Positions 1-7,352 of a stretch of 35,862 nucleotides of DNA are shown in pieces. The stretch comes from Methanomassiliicoccaceae archaeon (lineage in GTDB: Archaea; Thermoplasmatota; Thermoplasmata; Methanomassiliicoccales; Methanomethylophilaceae). The position numbers and the translations under genes were made by a program. The notes under the pieces were generated by a model, which did no database searches, was not told the origin of the DNA, and worked only from the letters and a program-made list of their open reading frames with translations. Location: contig WQXR01000001.1 in NCBI GenBank assembly GCA_009784745.1, positions 1 through 35,862 of the forward strand, written 5' to 3'. Position 1 is the first letter of the stretch, and each line of letters begins with the position of its first letter.

Positions 1-266
1 AGCGCCGCTGCCGCTTCCATATGGAATTTGCTGACGTTCAGGAAATAACTTCCGGAAACATCTTCAACTCTTGCTCTCCACATCGGTTCCTCGTCGCTTC
101 CGGTGTTCTGTTTCTCAAGAAGCACCCCCGCGATCAGAACACGGTTCAGTTTCGTTCCCAGAGGGCTCACCAGATATGCGGGCGATTTTTCTTCCTCCCC
201 TTTCTTCTCAAGGGACGATGAATTCAATTCTCCCGCGAAAACTCTCCATGCTGTCTCACGGAACAT
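1..266 (-). CDS. Partial CDS (first 88 codons, runs off left edge): RPA-associated OB-fold protein (RPA32-like / COG3390-type)
   Basis: Absent from the ORF track because it has no stop in the window. My translation of the minus strand from ATG 266..264 is MFRETAWRVFAGELNSSSLEKKGEEEKSPAYLVSPLGTKLNRVLIAGVLLEKQNTGSDEEPMWRARVEDVSGSYFLNVSKFHMEAAAA, open to position 1. The start overlaps the rpa stop (TGATG). The N-terminal pattern resembles RPA partner proteins encoded downstream of archaeal rpa genes; this is recalled, not searched. Confidence 0.6.
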   Translation of the reverse strand, partial: MFRETAWRVFAGELNSSSLEKKGEEEKSPAYLVSPLGTKLNRVLIAGVLLEKQNTGSDEEPMWRARVEDVSGSYFLNVSKFHMEAAAA

Positions 267-1582
267 CAAAGCGATCCCTCCACTTTCTCCATGAGTTCCT
301 CAGCCTCTTTCTTTACGTCCGTGAACGTTCTTTCGATGCTGTTTGCGATCATCATAGGTCCGTAATCATCACTTAATACGTTACCTGAGGCGGCAACGTT
401 CATGAGCAGTACCTTCTCTTCCATTGCTTTCCTGACCGCTTCCTGATCGCCGTTCTCTTTTGCTATCGCGATCGCCTGTTCCAATGAGACGGATGTCAAT
501 GATTCTGTGGCCTCTTTGCTGACGACCGTCGTCAAAGCACCGGAGCCGTCGTCAATGATAACTTTCATCCTGAGATCCGGTATCGCATCCACCTTGCCGT
601 GTGATGTGCATTCATCACCAACTATCGAACGGTTGCATTCCGGACATCTTTTTATCAATCCGCTTCCGGTCCTTACGTCGACGATCGTTCCGGCGATCAT
701 CACATCCAGTCCTCCTCCCGTTCTGAATATGTCGGCAACGCTCCTTTTGCTTATGCCGCTTTGAATGTTCGAGAATACTTCGTCAACGCGGCTTATCTCG
801 CACATGTCGCCGAAGTTCAGCGACGGAACTCCTCTCCATGATCTGATGTAAGCGTTCTTGGCGCATATTGTCTCATCTTCTTTGAAATCAAATTCATTCC
901 ACGCGGTGAATTGGATCTTTCCCGTATCATCGGCAATATGTCCGGAAAATACCGTTCTCGGTTCGCCTTTCGCCGCTATCGTCTTCGGTTCGACGGAAAG
1001 CAATTTTCCCGTTACCGTGACATTTCCGAGGCCGTCACGCAGTTCTGATATCTTCACATCCGAGGAATACGATATTTTGCGTTCAGGCATTGCTAGTACA
1101 ATATCAGAAAGTTCGGCGACGCTTCGCTCGCCGAAGTTCAGTTGCGCTTTATCATTCCATTTCTTTCCGTACGCGTTCTTGAAGTTGTATGTCTCTCCCT
1201 TGACCAACTCAAAATTACCGATGTTCCAGACGGTAAAGGGTATAGTACCCGTGTCGTCTCCGAGGATACCGGAGAATATGGTCCTCGGGGTACCTCTTGC
1301 GGTGATCTGTTTCTCTTCTATGTAAACAACTCTGGCGACAAGATCAACGCTCTTTTCGTCACCGGTCATCTCATTTATCTTTTTCACGATCGATGCGGCG
1401 GATACGAACATCGATGTTTCGTCGCCGTACTTCCTTTTGATGCTTTTGACCGCAGCATCAGGCGAAACCTTGTACACATTAAGGTATGTGTTCAGTTCCT
1501 CGATCAATTCCTCTTCGCTCACTTTTTCTCCGACCGCCTTTTTCAGTTCTTCAATATGAGGCGTTAGTTCTTCCTTTATCAT
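266..1582 (-). CDS. rpa: Replication protein A (ssDNA-binding protein, multiple OB folds plus zinc finger)
   Basis: 438-aa ORF. Repeated OB-fold-like segments (ARG.PRTIFSGILGDDTG.I.FT.WN and AKGEPRTVFSGHIADDTGKIQFTAWN). CCCH zinc motif CPECNRSIVGDECTSH. GGAGGT lies 8-13 nt upstream of the ATG. Confidence 0.85.
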   Translation of the reverse strand: MIKEELTPHIEELKKAVGEKVSEEELIEELNTYLNVYKVSPDAAVKSIKRKYGDETSMFVSAASIVKKINEMTGDEKSVDLVARVVYIEEKQITARGTPRTIFSGILGDDTGTIPFTVWNIGNFELVKGETYNFKNAYGKKWNDKAQLNFGERSVAELSDIVLAMPERKISYSSDVKISELRDGLGNVTVTGKLLSVEPKTIAAKGEPRTVFSGHIADDTGKIQFTAWNEFDFKEDETICAKNAYIRSWRGVPSLNFGDMCEISRVDEVFSNIQSGISKRSVADIFRTGGGLDVMIAGTIVDVRTGSGLIKRCPECNRSIVGDECTSHGKVDAIPDLRMKVIIDDGSGALTTVVSKEATESLTSVSLEQAIAIAKENGDQEAVRKAMEEKVLLMNVAASGNVLSDDYGPMMIANSIERTFTDVKKEAEELMEKVEGSL

Positions 1583-1641
1583 TTTTCATCGACCTCCGCG
1601 GCCTGAGCCGCCGTTGTCTGTTTTACAAATGTTGCCTATAG

Positions 1642-1649
1642 TTAATAAA
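1642..1649 (-). promoter_or_regulatory. TATA-like box (TTTATTAA on minus strand) for rpa
   Basis: A/T octamer about 60 nt upstream of the rpa ATG, 7 nt downstream of the 35-nt element. Implies a ~37-nt 5' UTR containing the GGAGGT Shine-Dalgarno sequence. Confidence 0.45.
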
Positions 1650-1656
1650 CAATTCC

Positions 1657-1691
1657 GAGGGGTGACCGAAAGTACCTCCGTTTCCGGTGGA
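1657..1691 (-). repeat. 35-nt conserved upstream element, copy A (minus-strand reading TCCACCGGAAACGGAGGTACTTTCGGTCACCCCTC)
   Basis: 34/35 identical to 10203..10237 read on the plus strand. Flanking sequence is unrelated. Same orientation relative to the downstream gene in both copies. Confidence 0.9.
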
Positions 1692-1750
1692 AAAATAATA
1701 TACGAGATCGTCAAAAATTACGTTATGACGGTCATTTCAATGAAAGAACA

Positions 1751-2137
1751 TCAACGATTCCGTTTCCAGATGTCTTCGTCAAGATCATCGTAAACGGAAT
1801 CGGATACCTCTTCCGCTTTCTTCGGGTCTGCGGAGTTCATCAACTCCGCTATCCTTTCCCTTCTGAACAGCCAATAGTGTATCCTCCATTCGCGGCCGTC
1901 GTAAAGTGTTGTTTCTTCTCTTTCCGTTGTTAGAATTCCGGTATCTTCGAGCATATAGAACGCGTCCCTGTCCTCCGGTTCCAAGATATTATCTATTATC
2001 CGATCGGAATAACCGAAGAAATTAAGGATATGCTGCGCCAAAGAGTATGCTTGTTCCTCATCCATACCTTTGTTCTCTATGCTGTTCTGTATCGCCGATG
2101 TAAGATCCTCAACGGTCAGTGTTACTTTTGCAGTCAT
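1751..2137 (-). CDS. Hypothetical small acidic protein (128 aa)
   Basis: Clean ORF filling the gap between serA and the rpa promoter. Acidic C-terminus. No motif I can assign. Confidence 0.55.
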   Translation of the reverse strand: MTAKVTLTVEDLTSAIQNSIENKGMDEEQAYSLAQHILNFFGYSDRIIDNILEPEDRDAFYMLEDTGILTTEREETTLYDGREWRIHYWLFRRERIAELMNSADPKKAEEVSDSVYDDLDEDIWKRNR

Positions 2138-2204
2138 ATCGGAACGTTCCTTCGGTGTACCCGTATAGTTCGGGATTTATTAACCTTTCACGTGCGCGCA
2201 CAAC

Positions 2205-3785
2205 TCATTTCACTATCTTTATGTATCTCGTATCGTCGAATCCCGTTGCGGCGCTTATCTTTTTTATTATATTCTCAGGAATGTCGTGGTCAACGCCCAT
2301 CAGCATTATCGCCATTCCTTTTTCTGTTTCTCGGCCAACGGTCATCTGACCTATGTTTATACCATTCTCTCCCAGTATCTTACCCACGGAACCTATTATT
2401 CCCGGCAGGTCCTTGTATCTCGCCACCAGTATGTTGGTGTTCATCGGTATCTCGAAACAATAGTTGTCCATTCCTATCATGCGCGGGGTGTGTGCGAACA
2501 CCGTTCCGCGCACAGTTCTCGTATCTTTTCCGGATGTTATTGTTACCGTTACCATGTTCGAATATACAGGAGAATCCTCGTTCTTTGATTCCGTTACCTT
2601 GATGTTCTTGCTTTTTGTTATCGATTCGGCGTTTATCATGTTGACACCGTCGCCGACGATGTTCTTCATCACGCCTATCAGAACGGACAATGTTATCGTT
2701 TTTGTGTTCTTTAACGCAATTTCGCCGCTGCATGTAACGTCTATTTTGTCTATGGGTCTCATGCCGTTCATCTGGTGTATACATATTCCCAAACGCTCAG
2801 CGAGCGGTATGTACTCGGCCAGCGACGGGTCCAGTTGGCCGCGGGGCGCGTTTATTGCGTTCGCGATGATGTTCTCGCGCAGATACATTATCACATTCTC
2901 CGCAATATCCACTGATACTTTCTCCTGTGCTTCCACAGTGCTCGCGCCGAGGTGCGGCGTTGTTATCAGGTTGTCCAGATCAAGCAGTTTTGACCCTTCC
3001 TTCAAAGGTTCGTCAACGAACACATCGAAGGCTGCGCCTGCTATCACTTTGTTCTTGAGTGCTTCGTAAAGATCATCCTCGTTCACGATGCCTCCGCGTG
3101 CAACGTTGATGAGCAAAGCATTCTTCTTCATCATCTTGAACTGCGGCATCGATATCATGTTCTTCGTTTCCGGAAGAAGCGGTGTGTGTATCGTCATGAT
3201 ATCAGAATTTTTCAGAACATCGTCCAATGTTGTCAATCTTACGGAAAGGTCGTCCGCGACATCCTTCGGAAGGTACGGATCGTAACCTATCATTGTCATA
3301 CCGAATGATCTGGCACGTTTCGCTATCTCGCCGCCCACTCTTCCTACGCCGATTATTCCAAGCGTCTTTCCGTATAATTCGATACCCGTGAACTTGCTTC
3401 TTTTCCATTCTCCCTTGTGCACGGATGCATGCGCCCAAGGTATCATCCTCGCAAGGGACATGATCATCGCCAGCGAATGTTCCGCCGCGGAGATGATATT
3501 CGCCGCCGGAGTATTCATCACCAGTATCCCTTTCTGCGTTGCATACGGTACATCGACGTTATCGACGCCTACTCCCGCCCTTCCGATAACTCGTAATTTT
3601 TTACCGGAATCGATGACCTTTTTTGTTACTGTTGTACCGGATCTGATGATCAGGCCGTCGTATTCTCCTATTATGTTGCACAATTCATCCTCATTCAGTC
3701 CGGGCCTTACATCAACGGGTATCCCCGACACCGTCAATATCTTAAGGCCCTCTTCCGACAGAGGGTCGGAAACAAGCAGCTTCAT
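2205..3785 (-). CDS. serA: D-3-phosphoglycerate dehydrogenase (long form with C-terminal regulatory ACT-like region)
   Basis: NAD-binding motif GIIGVGRVGGEIA, 2-hydroxyacid dehydrogenase core, ~526 aa. The ORF opens at 3791, but the ATG at 3785 gives an ATGA overlap with the serC stop and lies 6 nt after GGAGGA, so 3785 is preferred. Confidence 0.9.
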   Translation of the reverse strand: MKLLVSDPLSEEGLKILTVSGIPVDVRPGLNEDELCNIIGEYDGLIIRSGTTVTKKVIDSGKKLRVIGRAGVGVDNVDVPYATQKGILVMNTPAANIISAAEHSLAMIMSLARMIPWAHASVHKGEWKRSKFTGIELYGKTLGIIGVGRVGGEIAKRARSFGMTMIGYDPYLPKDVADDLSVRLTTLDDVLKNSDIMTIHTPLLPETKNMISMPQFKMMKKNALLINVARGGIVNEDDLYEALKNKVIAGAAFDVFVDEPLKEGSKLLDLDNLITTPHLGASTVEAQEKVSVDIAENVIMYLRENIIANAINAPRGQLDPSLAEYIPLAERLGICIHQMNGMRPIDKIDVTCSGEIALKNTKTITLSVLIGVMKNIVGDGVNMINAESITKSKNIKVTESKNEDSPVYSNMVTVTITSGKDTRTVRGTVFAHTPRMIGMDNYCFEIPMNTNILVARYKDLPGIIGSVGKILGENGINIGQMTVGRETEKGMAIMLMGVDHDIPENIIKKISAATGFDDTRYIKIVK

Positions 3786-4855
3786 TTGCATTCCTCCAGT
3801 GTTTCGTCCATAACTTTCAGCAGTTCTTTTATCCTTTTCGGTGTGAGATCCCCCATATGACCGATCCTGAACGTCTGTTGCTTCACTTCCCCGTAACCGT
3901 TGGATATCTCATAACCTTTTGTCTTCAGTATAGAGTGGAACTTATCAAAATCCAAACCTCCGCGGTTGATCACTCCGATGGTATCGGACATGTATCCTTC
4001 CTCCGGAAGCATTCCGTTAAGACCTTTTGACCATTTTCTCACAAGTTCGGCCATTTCTTTATGTCTGCGATATCTTGCGTCCATTCCTTCCGATACCATT
4101 CTTTCTAATTGGAATTCGAGAGCATACATCATCGATACGGGAGGGGTGGTGAGAGCATAATTCTCATCGTTGTTCTTTTTCAGTTTTATGAGGTCGGTGT
4201 AGAAACCTCTGTTCTCAACTTCTTTTGCTTTTTTCATAAGTTTTTCGGAGACAGCAATGAACGCTAACCCCGGCGGTAACGCCAACGCTTTCTGAGAACC
4301 GAATATCAACGCATCCGGTTCATTCTTCTTTATATGCAAGTTCGTACCGGCAACGGATGTTACGCCGTCCACGAATATCAGCGGATCGTTCCGTTCTCTT
4401 ATCTTTTCCGTAAGGTCCGGAAGAGAACTTAACACACCGGTGGATGATTCGTTGCTTACGAAGTGCACCGCTTCGATCTTTTCGTCAATGGCATTCTCAA
4501 TATGTTCCGGTCTTATTGCTTTACCCCACGGCACGCGTACTTCCTTCACATTCTTTCCGTTGAGTTTAGATATCTCTATCCAGCGGTCGCCGAACGAACC
4601 GTTCGTCAATCCAAGCACATTACTTTTCACTCCGTTCCTTATTGCTCCTTCCAGGAACACGGATGCGGAACCTCCTACCATGAAGATGTCCATGTCCGTA
4701 TCCAGCAACTTCCTGAATTTCTCAAGGATGGATCCGTGGAGCACCTTGTATTCCTTGGATCGGTGCGTTATCATGGGTTTGGTCATTGCGTTAAGGACCT
4801 CGGGCTCAACATTTACCGGGCCGACTGTGAAAAGTTTCCTGCTCAATATGTTCAC
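3782..4855 (-). CDS. serC: Class V PLP aminotransferase, probable archaeal-type phosphoserine aminotransferase
   Basis: Class V fold pattern with PLP-lysine context FGSQKALALPPG. Translationally coupled to serA. The specific substrate is inferred from context only. Confidence 0.7.
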   Translation of the reverse strand: MNILSRKLFTVGPVNVEPEVLNAMTKPMITHRSKEYKVLHGSILEKFRKLLDTDMDIFMVGGSASVFLEGAIRNGVKSNVLGLTNGSFGDRWIEISKLNGKNVKEVRVPWGKAIRPEHIENAIDEKIEAVHFVSNESSTGVLSSLPDLTEKIRERNDPLIFVDGVTSVAGTNLHIKKNEPDALIFGSQKALALPPGLAFIAVSEKLMKKAKEVENRGFYTDLIKLKKNNDENYALTTPPVSMMYALEFQLERMVSEGMDARYRRHKEMAELVRKWSKGLNGMLPEEGYMSDTIGVINRGGLDFDKFHSILKTKGYEISNGYGEVKQQTFRIGHMGDLTPKRIKELLKVMDETLEECK

Positions 4856-4973
4856 TCTCAGTTCGCGTCCGTACGCGCAAGCGCACGGTAGGATGTTCCC
4901 TTGAATGCTATGTCCAATATAAAACTTAGACTGACCGCTGATGTTACATTATCGTCGGATGCGTGACGGGAGA

Positions 4974-6152
4974 TCATAATTTTGAGAGCGCTTTCTTTAT
5001 GCTTTCGATCCCTCTGATTATGTTATCCTCAGATGTTGCGTACGACAATCTGAAGAAACCCTCGCCTGCCGGACCGAATGACCGTCCCGGCGTTATTGCG
5101 ACGTGCGCCTCTTTCATAAGATAAGTAGCCAGATCTTCAGATGTTATCTTGTGTTCGTACTTCGGGAACAGATAGAATGCACCTTCTGGGCGGTTGCATT
5201 CCACTCCTTTTATGTCGTTCAGGAGATCCAACGCAAGGTCCCTGCGCTTCCTGAATTCCTTTATCATTTTCATTCTCTCCGTCTGCGGTCCCTTCAATGC
5301 TTCGACCGCGGCCGGCTGTGTGAATGATGTACAGCACGTTATCGAATGAGTTTGAAGTTTATTCACCGCCGCAATATCCTTTTCCGGGGCGACCATCCAT
5401 CCGAGTCTCCATCCGGTCATTGCATATGTTTTTGATAATCCCGATATCGTAAAGGTGCGGTCGAACATACCGTCAAATGACGCTATGGAGACGTGTTCTC
5501 CTTCATAGATTATATGTTCATATATCTCATCGGACAAAACAAGTATGTCCTTTTCGATGCAAAGATCGGCAATGCCCTTCAGTGTTTCGCGCGGCATTAC
5601 CGATCCTGTGGGATTTGACGGTGAGTTAAGGATAAGCATTTTTGTTCTCTTCGTTATAGCGGCGGCCATCATATCCGCGCTCATCCTGAAATTATCTTCA
5701 AACCTCGTAGGAACGTGAACAGCCTTCGCTCCGGCCGCTCTGATGCACGCTTCGTACGATACCCACGCCGGATCAGGAAGTATAACTTCATCTCCGGGAT
5801 CAAGATACGCTAAAGCGATCATGAACAACGCCTGTTTCGTAGGCGTAACGAGTACATTCTTCGCTGTGCAGTTTATTTTATTATCCTGAACTGTCCTTTC
5901 GGCTATCGCCTTTCTTAATTCGGGTATCCCCGTTGACGGAGTGTAATGCGTGAATCCTGAGCTCAGCGATCTTATGCACGCCTGTTTTATGTTGTCCGGT
6001 GTATCGAAATCCGGTTCTCCCATTGAAAAGGAGATTATCTCAATGCCTTCCTGTTTCAACTGACTGACAAGGTTCGCTATCGCCACCGTACCGGATTCCG
6101 GAACGTCCATCAGTCTTTCGGAGAACCTCTTCTTGGAAAACATTGCTACCAC
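4974..6152 (-). CDS. aspC: Class I/II PLP aminotransferase (aspartate aminotransferase-like)
   Basis: Motifs NSPSNPTG and SGLSKTYAMTGWRLGW (PLP lysine). 392 aa. Confidence 0.85.
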   Translation of the reverse strand: MVAMFSKKRFSERLMDVPESGTVAIANLVSQLKQEGIEIISFSMGEPDFDTPDNIKQACIRSLSSGFTHYTPSTGIPELRKAIAERTVQDNKINCTAKNVLVTPTKQALFMIALAYLDPGDEVILPDPAWVSYEACIRAAGAKAVHVPTRFEDNFRMSADMMAAAITKRTKMLILNSPSNPTGSVMPRETLKGIADLCIEKDILVLSDEIYEHIIYEGEHVSIASFDGMFDRTFTISGLSKTYAMTGWRLGWMVAPEKDIAAVNKLQTHSITCCTSFTQPAAVEALKGPQTERMKMIKEFRKRRDLALDLLNDIKGVECNRPEGAFYLFPKYEHKITSEDLATYLMKEAHVAITPGRSFGPAGEGFFRLSYATSEDNIIRGIESIKKALSKL

Positions 6153-6185
6153 CTTAACACTCTCGTATAGATATGATTTGCGTCA

Positions 6186-7259
6186 TCACGTCATAAGATC
6201 CGTGAAATTACCTGTTCTCAGGCTGTCCCTGAATTCTTTCGCTATACGTCCTCCGGTGCTCATTCCCGGATATATCAGATCGGCGTACGGCGAACCCGAT
6301 ATGAACGGATTCGTTCCGGCAACGATCCTCGTTGATATCTCGAACAATTTGAATTCCAGTTTGTCCGTTACTATCGTTTCCAGACAGAACGGCCCCCACA
6401 TGCCTCCGAACAGTTCATAGGATCGGTTGACGATACGTTCGGCCATGTCGAACGCCTTCGGAAGTAATGATTCTCTGATGACAACAGGAATATTGCCGGT
6501 AACGACGAACGACGGATACAATCCGTGCTTCTTCAGGTCGTCGTACGATCCCATTTTGTATAACTCATCAATATTGCTCTCATCCCTTCTGTCTATTGAC
6601 AGAAGTTCTATCGTTCCGCCTCTTGCTACCTTGTATCCGTCCTCCTTGAACGGTGAATAGAAGAAATGCAAGTAATATCTCGTTCCGAGCGCATATTCCT
6701 GTATTGTATAGGGTTGTGTGTTATCAATGTACATCTTGAAATCAGGGTAATCCTTTGCGATGAAGAATCCTCTTCCTCCTTTGGCGCCGTGATATTTCAC
6801 CAGAACAGGTTCGTTTATCTCTCTTGCGTCGGTGTATATGCGCGGCATCGTTACACCTGCGGATGTTATCCACTGTCTTTCCAGATCGCGGTCGGATTCC
6901 CATTGCAGAACTGCGCGGTTGCAGTAAGCGGGCACTTCAAGATCCTCGAATTTCTTCGGTCCCATGTATTCGACGAACGATCCGTGCGGAATGATTATTG
7001 CATTCTTGTCGTGAAGTTCTCCCGTTCTTTCCTCTATTTCATCAAGATCCTTGTACTCGATTATCTCATCGGGCTTCGCCAACGGAAAGGCATCATAATA
7101 TTTCGTGTTATGAGTGACCGTCATTCCCAACGTCTTAAAACCCGCTTTGCGTGCTCCGTGAAATATTTGCAATGAAGAATGAGAACAAAGCGTCGCTATT
7201 GTGATATTGTCTTTGTCATAACCGCCGAGAATGGAATCGATCTTCCTTTTAGGGACCAT
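6186..7259 (-). CDS. purP: 5-formaminoimidazole-4-carboxamide ribonucleotide (FAICAR) synthetase, ATP-grasp, formate-dependent
   Basis: N-terminus IATLCSHSSLQIFHGARKAGFKT and ATP-grasp core typical of archaeal PurP. 357 aa. A TATA-like TTTAAATGCATAAAAA lies ~25-30 nt upstream. Confidence 0.88.
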   Translation of the reverse strand: MVPKRKIDSILGGYDKDNITIATLCSHSSLQIFHGARKAGFKTLGMTVTHNTKYYDAFPLAKPDEIIEYKDLDEIEERTGELHDKNAIIIPHGSFVEYMGPKKFEDLEVPAYCNRAVLQWESDRDLERQWITSAGVTMPRIYTDAREINEPVLVKYHGAKGGRGFFIAKDYPDFKMYIDNTQPYTIQEYALGTRYYLHFFYSPFKEDGYKVARGGTIELLSIDRRDESNIDELYKMGSYDDLKKHGLYPSFVVTGNIPVVIRESLLPKAFDMAERIVNRSYELFGGMWGPFCLETIVTDKLEFKLFEISTRIVAGTNPFISGSPYADLIYPGMSTGGRIAKEFRDSLRTGNFTDLMT

Positions 7260-7352
7260 ACGCTATGATTGTTTTTATGCATTTAAACCTTGGGTCGATT
7301 TTTGTTTGAAAACTCTGTTTTGTGATGAAAGAGATGCGTTCGAAATGACGTA

